Shown here one piece after another: positions 7,995 through 17,570 of a stretch of DNA of 34,725 bases. Each line of letters opens with the position of its first letter. Position 1 is the first letter of the stretch. A program made the translations under genes and the position numbers. Origin of the DNA: a virus (taxonomy: Duplodnaviria; Caudoviricetes); IMG/VR virus record IMGVR_UViG_3300025652_008283, positions 1-34,725 of that record. The stretch is one strand, 5' to 3'. The notes under the pieces are model-generated. The model was given only the letters and a program-made list of their open reading frames with translations. It did no database searches and had not been told where the DNA came from.

Positions 7995-8535
7995 CTAAAA
8001 ATTCCTTTTTAATTTTGTTTTTCAATCTTTCGTAGGTTAAAAGAGGGTAATTTAACTCAAATTCCACACTAAATAAAAGTCTTTCTTTTTCAAAATTATA
8101 AACAGAGTGAGCTTTGGTTGTGTTAAATAAGTAAACTTCGTTTAATTCGTATGTAAAAGGTACGATGTCGGTTTGAAATTCTTCCCCGCCATGAGACATT
8201 AAATTGTTTAAATTGTCAGTAAACAAAACAAATGATGGTGACGGAGTTACTAGAGCATTTATACAAACACCACGATTTGTTTTCGTTTTGCCCACATCAA
8301 TATGCCAATCGTAAACTTTATTGGGTTCCATTTTAATCAAACCACAAGAAAACTTATAATTTTCAGCCAACCATTCGAAGAAAGGATTACCTTTAATAAA
8401 TTTTTCTACATTGATTTTTTTTAAATAAAAATGGTAGTAGAGATGCTCTGCTCCGCTTTCTAGCGGAATATCTAGTAAAGATAAAGGTTGAGAGGGTATT
8501 TTCCAAGCATATTTTTCATCTATTGGATAATTCAT
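7981..8535 (-). CDS. Fe(II)/2OG dioxygenase-like protein, paralog of 7443-7994
   Basis: WHID...RGVCINAL...YLFNTTKAHSVYNFEKERLLFSVEF. Confidence 0.72.
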   Translation of the reverse strand: MNYPIDEKYAWKIPSQPLSLLDIPLESGAEHLYYHFYLKKINVEKFIKGNPFFEWLAENYKFSCGLIKMEPNKVYDWHIDVGKTKTNRGVCINALVTPSPSFVLFTDNLNNLMSHGGEEFQTDIVPFTYELNEVYLFNTTKAHSVYNFEKERLLFSVEFELNYPLLTYERLKNKIKKEFLDGNC

Positions 8536-9068
8536 TATTTATCTACATTTAATCCTATTGATATTCTGTTCGTTTGGGAGCCTACGCAATGCCAAAACGG
8601 TTTGTCTTTAGATACTGTAAATTTTCTGTGTTGCCAACCTTTTTTGTCCCAATCTGTAATTATTTCGCCAGTTTCTGGGTCTCTATATCTAAAGAAACTT
8701 TTGTTGTCTTCTGCTGCCCATGCAAAATAAATCCTTTCTCCTTCGCAATTGCTGTTTGTATGCCAACCGCAAAAAGCATCTGGAGGATACCAGAAAAACC
8801 CAGAATATTTTCTTTTTGTCCCCGTTTCCTCTTTTACCATTTCTTTCAGTTTTAGTTGGTAAAATATAGAATTATTTAATATAATTCGATTATCATTATT
8901 GTCTATCGCATTAGCTTTTGATAGGTCCCCATTCATCATGATATTGTTTAGCACCTCCTCAGAAAGAGTATACTCCATATCATATTTATTTGGCAAAAAC
9001 TTATTTGTTTGGTTTATTTTTTGAAATTCTTCTAGAATTTTATCTAATTTTTTGTATATATGTTTCAT
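8535..9068 (-). CDS. Fe(II)/2OG dioxygenase-like cupin with HxN variant
   Basis: FWYPPDAFCGWHTN...FWHCVGSQTNRISIG. Confidence 0.6.
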   Translation of the reverse strand: MKHIYKKLDKILEEFQKINQTNKFLPNKYDMEYTLSEEVLNNIMMNGDLSKANAIDNNDNRIILNNSIFYQLKLKEMVKEETGTKRKYSGFFWYPPDAFCGWHTNSNCEGERIYFAWAAEDNKSFFRYRDPETGEIITDWDKKGWQHRKFTVSKDKPFWHCVGSQTNRISIGLNVDK

Positions 9069-9553
9069 ATATGAAAAATAACCTTTACTGGGTCTCCCAT
9101 TTCTGCTGTTATATTATAATATCTATGTAAAAATTTTAAATACCTTTCTGGATCTTTTCTATCGATTATGGTATGTATTTCATTGAATCCTAGTTTTTTC
9201 ATATCATCAAAGCCATCAAATGAACCTTTGAACGTGGAGCGACATAATTTAAAATCTTCTGATTTAAATATGAAGGGATTGTAACAAATTCCATCTTTTA
9301 TTCTAAAGCAATAAAATCCCCAAATTCTTTTTGTCTCGTCATCTATACCTATAACATTATGCTGACAGGATTCTACGAGTTCTTTTGTTCGGGCTTTAAA
9401 GAACTCAATTTTTTGACTAAATGTTTTTAAATGATTCGATTCTGCGAAATATTTTGTGCCAACTTTGTTGTGAAATTTCAAAAGCTCGCGAGCCAGTTCA
9501 TCTAAATATTGAGAGTTAAACTCTACTTTTTTATAGTTTTTACATGTTTTCAT
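9065..9553 (-). CDS. Hypothetical protein, possible GNAT-fold acyltransferase
   Basis: Helix followed by 'HNVIGIDDETKRIWGFYCF' beta-hairpin; similar layout to the neighbouring ORF. Confidence 0.45.
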   Translation of the reverse strand: MKTCKNYKKVEFNSQYLDELARELLKFHNKVGTKYFAESNHLKTFSQKIEFFKARTKELVESCQHNVIGIDDETKRIWGFYCFRIKDGICYNPFIFKSEDFKLCRSTFKGSFDGFDDMKKLGFNEIHTIIDRKDPERYLKFLHRYYNITAEMGDPVKVIFHI

Positions 9554-10050
9554 TTTAAAAATTCTACATAAACATTACCAAATGCATCTTTACTCATCAC
9601 ATTTGCTTTGAACACCCTTTTTACAAAATTTAAATATTTATCGAATCTATCTCTTTGGCCTAAAGCCGCGAAAATTCGCTTATTGGGAAATTCTTTTTTC
9701 ATGACTAATAAAATTAAAAATTTTAATAATTTATTAAATGGTATTTTTTCATCTTTAAAAACCAAAATAAGATCAATATGCCCCTCTATGATTACACTTT
9801 CATTAAAACAAGCGTATGCTATTATATCGCCGTTTTCTTTATTTACTCCGACGTAGTTATATTTGTGTTTTGTGGTTAGGCTTTTTAGCTCTCCAGCTAA
9901 ATAGGGTAGCGAAAACAATAGTTGTTGATCCTTGCTTATGCTATGATAATATCTGATTTTAGCTTTAGCTTGAAATTCCACGAAAATCTTAAAAACTTTT
10001 TCAAAATCTGAGTGTTTATATTTTCTATATGAAATGTTTTCGACGTTCAT
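9550..10050 (-). CDS. Possible GNAT-fold acyltransferase
   Basis: N-terminal 'ISYRKYKHSDFEKVFKI' and 'YVGVNKENGDIIAYACF' are typical GNAT beta1-alpha1 and beta2-beta3 patterns; the acetyl-CoA motif is not clear. Confidence 0.5.
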   Translation of the reverse strand: MNVENISYRKYKHSDFEKVFKIFVEFQAKAKIRYYHSISKDQQLLFSLPYLAGELKSLTTKHKYNYVGVNKENGDIIAYACFNESVIIEGHIDLILVFKDEKIPFNKLLKFLILLVMKKEFPNKRIFAALGQRDRFDKYLNFVKRVFKANVMSKDAFGNVYVEFLK

Positions 10051-10069
10051 TTTAATTTATTAGTTTTCA

Positions 10070-10075
10070 GTGTAA
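10070..10075 (+). promoter_or_regulatory. GTGTAA motif, 8 nt before ATG 10084
   Basis: Plus strand reads GTGTAA TATATAGC ATG, in a 33-nt divergent intergenic gap. Confidence 0.62.
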
Positions 10076-10083
10076 TATATAGC

Positions 10084-11130
10084 ATGGCTAATGGAATAAA
10101 TCAGGATTTTGCGAGGGCTATTTTGGATGTAGAACCTACGGCTTTATTAGAGTTGTATACATTATACTACGACTACCAGAATGATTCTCAAGCGCAAATT
10201 AATTTTCATGCAGGGACTAATGGTCTTGGGGGACCAATCGTGTTTGATGGGCAAGAATATTTACCCATACCTGTTGAATCTGAAGGGTTTGATTTATTGG
10301 GAGATCAAAGGTTGCCGAGGCCAATACTAAAAGTATCTAATGCTGGGTTATATATTTCATCTCTTTTAAGAAGGTATGAAAACCTGAATGGAGCAAAAAT
10401 AGTGAGAAAAAGAACTTTTTTAAAGTTTATAGACGACTCAAATTTCTCAAATAACCAAAACCCTTGGGGGGCTGCTAATCCAAGCGCTAGAATGCCAGAC
10501 GATAAGTTTTTTATATCAAGAAAAATATCTGAAAATAAAATGGCTGTAGAATTTGAACTCGTTTCGAGTTTAGAGTTGGAAAATATTGAAATCCCAGCAA
10601 GAAAAATCTCTTCTAGGTATTGCTCTTGGATATATAGAGGGTTTGGGTGTAGGTATGGGTATAATAAAACCACAGCAAAAGCCGATAGACCTATCGGGAC
10701 TGCCGACGATTTAACCTTTGTAACTGGAGCTGGTACAGCATTTAGACTAAATAGTGATTTAATACCTGGATCACATCCACAAAGAACTAGTGTTGATGCA
10801 TGCATAACAGCCGAGGGTCTTTGGGAAACGGGTAAATCTTATACCGTGGGGGATTATGTTTTTAAATTAAGCGATAGAGTGAATGAGGGTCAGGGGCTAA
10901 CTTCTAATTATTACCAACAACACCCAGTTTATTATATTTGTAAAAAGGACCACACCTCGGTTAGTGGTCTAAGTCCAGACAAAAACCAAGATTCTTGGGT
11001 AAAAGACGAGTGTTCTAAAAAATTATTTGGGTGCAAATTAAGGTTTGCTAATGATGATTTTGGTGGGGTAAATAACAACAAAAATCTACCATACGGCGGA
11101 TTTCCAGGAACAGAGAAATATTCCTACTAA
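10084..11130 (+). CDS. Lambda gpL-like minor tail tip protein with inserted domain
   Basis: LELY...YLPIPVESEGF...PRPILKVSN...GAKIVRKRTFLKFIDDSNF...VEFELVS..E; four-Cys motif C-W-YRG-GC...C-K-L-GCKLRF...YGGFPG. Confidence 0.92.
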   Translation: MANGINQDFARAILDVEPTALLELYTLYYDYQNDSQAQINFHAGTNGLGGPIVFDGQEYLPIPVESEGFDLLGDQRLPRPILKVSNAGLYISSLLRRYENLNGAKIVRKRTFLKFIDDSNFSNNQNPWGAANPSARMPDDKFFISRKISENKMAVEFELVSSLELENIEIPARKISSRYCSWIYRGFGCRYGYNKTTAKADRPIGTADDLTFVTGAGTAFRLNSDLIPGSHPQRTSVDACITAEGLWETGKSYTVGDYVFKLSDRVNEGQGLTSNYYQQHPVYYICKKDHTSVSGLSPDKNQDSWVKDECSKKLFGCKLRFANDDFGGVNNNKNLPYGGFPGTEKYSY

Positions 11131-11504
11131 TGAGCATAAAAAGAAAAATAGAATTAGAATGCGAAAAAGACACAACACAAGAACGTTGTGGGTTTATAAT
11201 TTATAATGATGGGGAACTAGACTTGGTCATGTGCGAAAACCGTGCGGAAGATAAAAAAAATCAATTCTATATCCCAGCAAAAGAGTTTCTATATATGAAA
11301 AACAAATCAGATATAGTCGCTATATATCATTCTCATAACGATGGGACAGAAAAGCCTTCTCCTTTTGATTTGAAATCTTCGGATATCACTTGTTATCCAT
11401 TTTTGATTTATTGCACAGTTAATAACAAATTTAGCATATCTGTGCCAGAGTTTTGTGACGCAGGTGACAAACAGTTAGATATGTTAAAAAAGGAGGTGTT
11501 ATGA
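11130..11504 (+). CDS. Lambda gpK-like JAB/MPN+ metallopeptidase (JAB domain only)
   Basis: ERCGFI...IYHSHND...PSPFD fits the E...HSH...S..D JAMM motif; follows gpL; no NlpC/P60 domain. Confidence 0.88.
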   Translation: MSIKRKIELECEKDTTQERCGFIIYNDGELDLVMCENRAEDKKNQFYIPAKEFLYMKNKSDIVAIYHSHNDGTEKPSPFDLKSSDITCYPFLIYCTVNNKFSISVPEFCDAGDKQLDMLKKEVL

Positions 11505-12064
11505 CAGAAATAAGATTACACGGTTTAGTCGCTAAAAAATTTAAACCCGTACACAAGATAGCGAACATAAAAAAACCAACGGATGCTATTTTAGCTGTTG
11601 ATGCTAATTATGATGGTTTTAAAAATTTCTTTTTAAAAGAGGCCGAAAGAAACAATTTCTATCAGATTGTAGTGAACGGGGATTTGGTTGAAAACGCAAA
11701 CCAAGCTTTAGAAAAAAAAGAAATAAAAACAATTGATATTGTCCCTTACATCGGTGGGTCTGCCCCCTTTATCGTGCCTTTTCTGATCACTATGGCTATA
11801 GGCTTGGTTATGGCTGGAATACAGTACTTGATGACCCCGATACCAGAAAACGAACCAAAGGTTGCTGTGGCTCAAGTGGGGGGTAAGTCTTTTTGGTTCT
11901 CTTCTAAGGGGAACTCTTCGTCTCAATTTAGCTCTGTCCCAGTAGGGTACGGAGAATTGAGGGTGGGGTCGAAAACGATAGAAACTGAAATTGAAGCTAT
12001 TGATAGAAATTCAGAAAACTCAAATCCGAACGGGTTAAAATCGACAGAAGGTTCAAGATATTAA
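11501..12064 (+). CDS. Lambda gpI-like tail assembly protein 1 (ubiquitin-like N-terminus)
   Basis: IRLHGLVAKKF...IDIVPYIGG, hydrophobic stretch, LMTPIP, VPVGYGELRVGS. Confidence 0.88.
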   Translation: MTEIRLHGLVAKKFKPVHKIANIKKPTDAILAVDANYDGFKNFFLKEAERNNFYQIVVNGDLVENANQALEKKEIKTIDIVPYIGGSAPFIVPFLITMAIGLVMAGIQYLMTPIPENEPKVAVAQVGGKSFWFSSKGNSSSQFSSVPVGYGELRVGSKTIETEIEAIDRNSENSNPNGLKSTEGSRY

Positions 12065-12066
12065 TA

Positions 12067-12753
12067 ATGAAAACAAAAATAAAACTTTACGGTAAATTAA
12101 AAAAAATATATGGGGAATCTTTTGAATTTGCCAATATTAAAACACCTATGGATGTGGTCAAAGCAATGAATACATTATTTCCAGGTTTTAGAGATTATGT
12201 TGTCAGCGAAGCTAAAGCTGGCGGGCATTATGAAATAATAGTAGATGGCGAATCAAAAAATGTACTTGAATTAAACCAAAAATCTCCCAAAATACAAGAA
12301 GTACAAATAACTCCCTGTTTGATTGGTAATGGTTTTGCAGCTATTGTTATAGCTATAGGTGTTGTGGCTGTTGGTGTAGGGTTAGCTGTAGCCAGTACTG
12401 CTTTGGCGGCTTTTTTTATTACTCTTGGTGTAGGTTTGATTATCGCTGGTATTATGTATCTTTTGACGCCTATACCAGAAAACGAACCCCAAGAGCAGAA
12501 CATAAAAGCTTCAATAAAAAATTCATCATTTCTTTTCCAAAACCCAAGAAATGTATCAACACAGGGCAGGGCTATACCAATTATTTATGGGAGATTAAAA
12601 GTTGGATCTTATGTTGTGGGTACGTCTGTGGTAAATTATCCACTACATCTTGATTTGCAGCTACAAAGACGGTTTATAGCTAATAGAGCGAATGCGTTAT
12701 TGAAAATTCAAGAGTCTTTTGGATCATCTTTTTCTGAGTTATATAAAATATAA
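12067..12753 (+). CDS. Lambda gpI-like tail assembly protein 2
   Basis: IKLYGKLKKIYG...ITPCLIG, G/A-rich hydrophobic stretch, LLTPIP, QGRAIPIIYGRLKVGS. Confidence 0.88.
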   Translation: MKTKIKLYGKLKKIYGESFEFANIKTPMDVVKAMNTLFPGFRDYVVSEAKAGGHYEIIVDGESKNVLELNQKSPKIQEVQITPCLIGNGFAAIVIAIGVVAVGVGLAVASTALAAFFITLGVGLIIAGIMYLLTPIPENEPQEQNIKASIKNSSFLFQNPRNVSTQGRAIPIIYGRLKVGSYVVGTSVVNYPLHLDLQLQRRFIANRANALLKIQESFGSSFSELYKI

Positions 12754-12755
12754 TA

Positions 12756-15700
12756 ATGAAAGATTATATAATAAAAAAATACAAAAGATATAACGAATTT
12801 TCTGTATTTGGCGCTGGCGACGAATTAAAAGATTATTATAAGAGTCTACAGGCAAACGCTGATAGATTAGTGGGTGTATTTACAAGACTGACCCCGCCGT
12901 ACGCTTCTCAATTAAAACTTTCAACAGCTAATTTAAATGCTATTGATTTAGTGTCTGAAGGGCCAATTGAGGGTTTTGTAAATTCAAAAGGTTTATCTTG
13001 TAATATTTTAGAGGCGACATATCTAGATAATACTGTTGTGGCCGAACCACAGTTATCGAAAACGACAGCCAATAATTTAACTACTAGTCTTTTGAAAGGG
13101 ATCGTCTATGATTTTAAACCTTTTGTAAAAGAGAGGTTAGATAACTATATGATAGAACTACAGAATCGTTTTATTCATAAAGAAGAGCCTTGGTATCAAT
13201 GGTTAGCTCAATCGGGTGGATATGCGCCGAAGAATAATAAAGTCTTGAATGGTCGTTATGCTGGCATAATTCCATCATCAATCGGTACAGTAACTAATAT
13301 CCTTAATTGCACCTCATTCGGTACTCTAAATGGCAGATATTCGGGCGGTCTTACGAATTTATCATTGCTAGCTAATGTTGGAGCGTATTGGGGTAAATAT
13401 TATAGATCATTTAATCAAAATGATTGGTATTTGGGGCTTAGGTATACTAATGGTACCCAACCTGCTGCGGACTGCGACCTCTCCTTTCAAAAGTGTGGAC
13501 ACGGTTACAGGAAAAGCCCGTACTCTGGTAGAAAGATTTACCATCCCGATGAAGTATGGCCAGAAAGGACGATGTCGGTCCCTTCGACTCTTGCGTTCCA
13601 ATTTGACCCTAGATATCCAATAGTATATAAAGGGTCTTATTCTAGAGGAAACGGGATTACACAAAAGGGAAGAGTAGACCGCCCTTTTAGTGCTAGAGCG
13701 TTTTTCTCTTTCCCGTCGTCACCCACAGCATATGGACCCGATCCAGTGTCAAACAGTAGTGGTAGAAGTTGGTATTTATGGGTAATCACTGCTTTGAGAT
13801 TAGCGAGTTATAAGCCAACTACATGGACCTTTCCAAACGGCCACCCAGTTCACTATAGAAATTTTTATACCGAAAGCACTTATCCAGAAGGTTTAAAAGA
13901 ACCAATTATAAACAATATCGCAAAAAAAATAAATGAAATGGGCGAGGATTATTGGAAGCCTCATAAATTTTATAATTCGGACCCATCAATAATTGACCCT
14001 CCAGTGGTTATGGCTGATGCGTGGCCAAATACTCTTTATAACAACTGGTTGCAACCAGGCTCCTCAACCCACGTAGCTTTAGGTAAAACGCAGATAGGTG
14101 GTTTATGGGCAGACACGTTTACTGTAACCACAAATAACGCAACAGCCATCAATATAACGAAACAAGACGGTGGAGACGCGGACGCTGCATTAAATCGTCC
14201 ATTTGATTCTGGCACAAGATACAGGTTTACTGGAAAAATCTACATACCATCTAACCAGGGAATAGATATGGTTCGGTTGCGGTTTCTGGACTCTTACTAC
14301 GGCACCAACAACCAAACAGCAGACAACAAATGGGTCGATATATCTGGGGGGACAGCAGAATGTCCATTTAACCAGTGGAATAATTTTGACATTACATTGA
14401 GGACGTGGCCAGATCGAAAATCACGTTTTATGATTCAAGGATATAGCGGGACGACTAATAACCCAGCCAACGCAAACGGCGCATACTGGGCTTTGAATAA
14501 TCTAACTGCTCTTGAAGAAACAAAGGGCGTAGAAGACGCTATCCCAAATACTGGAAGTTTTGCATATATGACTTTCGACGCTCAGGACTTTTTTGGCACA
14601 ACAAATTTTAAAAAAAACTACGAACTAACATACTCTGTTGGTGGTGGTAGGCTCGAACTCAATGACCCAAATGGGTTACAATACTCTTACCCAGAGGTAA
14701 CGGGTTTTGATTTATCGCAAAAAAGTTTCAAAGAATCTATAATTTGGAAGAACCCTATTGCAGCGACAACGTGTGACAAAAGAAATCGCACTCCTTATCA
14801 ATATCCCACTATTACGGGAGCAACGCCTGCGGTTAATTATGGAATTTCTTTAGAAGAGTCTGAATCAAATAAATTCAAGGGTGCTTTTTTATACCCAGTG
14901 TATCTCGGGGAAGATTTCGTACCACTACAGATAAATGGGGAAGTTAATACTGGGAAGATATTAATCTCCACGTCAGATTCTGCGGCGATAAGTGGAGCGA
15001 AAGTTGCTAGTGGAGTTTCTAACAATTATGATGTATTTTCTCTCGTAGGCCAAAATATCTCTTACGTTCACGTAGCTAATCCGAATATTAAAGTACCAGA
15101 TGTAGAGGTGTTAAATAAACCCATATCACTGAGATTGGTTGAAAAGGAGCCGACTCTTTTTAATTTTACAAATTTCGATGCAGAATTTAATTTGGGTGAA
15201 GAGGATCAACCACCACTAAATAAAGAAAGCATCTCGTCAATTGATTACAATAAAGCTTTGTATGGGCCAAATAATCCAAATCAACCTTTCGACGACACCA
15301 TATATACGGGCGCTTCTGATTCTAGTGATTCTCCAATTCTAATAAAAGGTGGGGCGAGCTATAGCGCTCTTGCGGGTAATTCTAGCGTGGATGTTCAGTC
15401 AGATGGAACGCAAGATTTCCAGTCCGATTGGATGGCGAACTTACCTTTAGACAGAGACGGTATTGATATAACCCACAGAGTCGAAAGAAAAGATGTAGAT
15501 TCTGTCATAATAACATTTGTTATAGAGCAGTTATACCAAGAAATACTTTCAGAGCAAGACCTTTTGGGGGTTTCTGTAAAATCGAACCCATTGGCGATAA
15601 ACTTTTCTGTATTTTGTGGTTTTGATGGAGTACCAGAATATGAAGAAGAAGAAACAAAAATAAGCTACTTCGGCATGGTTTCATCTTTTTATGCGGTAGA

Positions 15701-17570
15701 TACAGAACAAATTGTTTTACCTTCGTACGACGAGATAAAGAGTATTTTTCCAAACGAAGATACGCGCAGTTTATCTGCAAGATTCCCGAGAACGGTAAGA
15801 ATTGTTAAAAACGATTACGAAACAAGCTCAACTAGAATGGGCAGATCGGCTAGGCTATTCCAAGTTAAAGAAATTATCAAAGAGGCTTTTTCATACCCAT
15901 TTTCAGCTGTTATAAAAACAAAAATAGACGCCAGAACTTTTACAGATCCGCCCAATAAACAATTCAACCTTAGGCTTAAAAAAGTTAAAATACCTTCTAA
16001 TTATTTCCCATTAGATTTGAGGGGCAAAGATAAAAGGTTTGTTGAAAATGCCGAAGACTTAGGAACAAGGGTTATTTATGATGGAGACTGGGACGGAACA
16101 TTTAAAATTGGATGGACTGATAATCCCGCTTGGATTCTCTACGATCTTCTAACTAGCCAAAGATACGGAATAGGTAATACTATAGATAATTTAGAAGATA
16201 TTAATATATTTAATTTATACAAAATAGGTAGATATTGCGATGCGGTTGACGGAAATGGTAATTTCGTTGGACTCTCTAATGGTTTGTTGGGGTTAGAGCC
16301 TCGATATTCTTGCAATATTATGCTTGATGTATCGGCTAACGCATTTGACTCAATTAAAGATATAAGCTCTGTATTTAATGGTATGGCGTTCTGGGCAAAT
16401 GGGGCCTTAGATTTTTTTACAGATCAACCTAAAGAACCCATGATGTTTTTTAGTAATGGAAATGTTTTTGACGGTATGTTTAATTATCAATCGACCAATA
16501 AATCTTCCCTTTTCAATGTCGCCGATGTCGCTTATGCAGATAAGAGGGATAACTTTGCTGTTAAAACAGAAAGCGTAATTGATGAAGAGGGTATGAGGAA
16601 AAACGGCCTACAAAGGAGGGTGGTGACCGCGAAGGGGGCGACAAGTAGGTCTCAAGCAAGAAGATTAGGCAAATACATCTTATATTCAAATAAGTTAGAA
16701 AGAGAAATAGTGAATTTCAAGACATCGGCTGAAGCTTTAATGGTTTCTATTGGTGATATTATTGAGATACAAGATGAATTGAAGAATTTTAATATAAGTT
16801 ATGCAAAAGCTATAGAAATTGGGACAAACTACATTACTTTAGAAAATGGGCCAAGCGCAAGTTCAATACTTAATAATAATAGCGGTATTTCTGTTATTGT
16901 TCCAACTGGACAGGACACATTAAATGAACTGCATGATTATACTTTAAGTGGTGGTCTTATAGGAGAACAAGAGTTGCATGAATTTTATACACCTCAAGTA
17001 AAAAAATTAAAAATAACTGGGGTTTTAGACTTAGATGATAAGATCAAAATACAAATAGAAGACCCTTCTGGCTATCTTCCGTATGTGCAAACTGGATCTT
17101 TTGTTAATCTCGATTTAGAGAATAGAAATATAAAACAATACAGAGTATTAACACTAACGCCAGAGCAAGATAATCTTTATTCAATTTCTGCGACAGAACA
17201 TAATAAAGAAAAATTTAATTTAATAGAAGCAGAAGATAATTTTACTTTGGATGAGGTTGAACCGTTTAACATTGGAATTTTAGATAATGAAATTAAAACA
17301 TTAACTGAGCCAGAGGGTTTTTCTACTTCTATAATTAATACTACATATAATACGCAAAAAATAAACTTCACAGTGTCTGGAAACTTAACAGGTAACGAAA
17401 ATGCATACGAAGTTACTTTAATTCACCCAAACGGTAAGATAGACAATAAAAAAATAGCCAAACAAGCAAATGTAGAAGCTGGTTATTTCAAAACAACTGG
17501 GACGTTCCACGATGTGATTACTTATGGTAATCATATATTTAAAGCAAAATCAATAAATAGACATGATTAG
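12756..17570 (+). CDS. Lambda gpJ-like central tail fibre/tip protein 1
   Basis: IDLVSEGPIEG; YP; IPSNY; YDGDWDGTFKIGWTDNPAWILYDLL..RYG; YCD; EPRYSCN; GATSRSQARRLGKY; C-terminal FN3-like region. Confidence 0.93.
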   Translation: MKDYIIKKYKRYNEFSVFGAGDELKDYYKSLQANADRLVGVFTRLTPPYASQLKLSTANLNAIDLVSEGPIEGFVNSKGLSCNILEATYLDNTVVAEPQLSKTTANNLTTSLLKGIVYDFKPFVKERLDNYMIELQNRFIHKEEPWYQWLAQSGGYAPKNNKVLNGRYAGIIPSSIGTVTNILNCTSFGTLNGRYSGGLTNLSLLANVGAYWGKYYRSFNQNDWYLGLRYTNGTQPAADCDLSFQKCGHGYRKSPYSGRKIYHPDEVWPERTMSVPSTLAFQFDPRYPIVYKGSYSRGNGITQKGRVDRPFSARAFFSFPSSPTAYGPDPVSNSSGRSWYLWVITALRLASYKPTTWTFPNGHPVHYRNFYTESTYPEGLKEPIINNIAKKINEMGEDYWKPHKFYNSDPSIIDPPVVMADAWPNTLYNNWLQPGSSTHVALGKTQIGGLWADTFTVTTNNATAINITKQDGGDADAALNRPFDSGTRYRFTGKIYIPSNQGIDMVRLRFLDSYYGTNNQTADNKWVDISGGTAECPFNQWNNFDITLRTWPDRKSRFMIQGYSGTTNNPANANGAYWALNNLTALEETKGVEDAIPNTGSFAYMTFDAQDFFGTTNFKKNYELTYSVGGGRLELNDPNGLQYSYPEVTGFDLSQKSFKESIIWKNPIAATTCDKRNRTPYQYPTITGATPAVNYGISLEESESNKFKGAFLYPVYLGEDFVPLQINGEVNTGKILISTSDSAAISGAKVASGVSNNYDVFSLVGQNISYVHVANPNIKVPDVEVLNKPISLRLVEKEPTLFNFTNFDAEFNLGEEDQPPLNKESISSIDYNKALYGPNNPNQPFDDTIYTGASDSSDSPILIKGGASYSALAGNSSVDVQSDGTQDFQSDWMANLPLDRDGIDITHRVERKDVDSVIITFVIEQLYQEILSEQDLLGVSVKSNPLAINFSVFCGFDGVPEYEEEETKISYFGMVSSFYAVDTEQIVLPSYDEIKSIFPNEDTRSLSARFPRTVRIVKNDYETSSTRMGRSARLFQVKEIIKEAFSYPFSAVIKTKIDARTFTDPPNKQFNLRLKKVKIPSNYFPLDLRGKDKRFVENAEDLGTRVIYDGDWDGTFKIGWTDNPAWILYDLLTSQRYGIGNTIDNLEDINIFNLYKIGRYCDAVDGNGNFVGLSNGLLGLEPRYSCNIMLDVSANAFDSIKDISSVFNGMAFWANGALDFFTDQPKEPMMFFSNGNVFDGMFNYQSTNKSSLFNVADVAYADKRDNFAVKTESVIDEEGMRKNGLQRRVVTAKGATSRSQARRLGKYILYSNKLEREIVNFKTSAEALMVSIGDIIEIQDELKNFNISYAKAIEIGTNYITLENGPSASSILNNNSGISVIVPTGQDTLNELHDYTLSGGLIGEQELHEFYTPQVKKLKITGVLDLDDKIKIQIEDPSGYLPYVQTGSFVNLDLENRNIKQYRVLTLTPEQDNLYSISATEHNKEKFNLIEAEDNFTLDEVEPFNIGILDNEIKTLTEPEGFSTSIINTTYNTQKINFTVSGNLTGNENAYEVTLIHPNGKIDNKKIAKQANVEAGYFKTTGTFHDVITYGNHIFKAKSINRHD

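Noticed and set aside
11760-12470. Hydrophobic stretches in 11501-12064 and 12067-12753 suggesting holins or membrane proteins
   Set aside because: Such stretches are a normal feature of lambda gpI-family proteins, and the context fits gpI.
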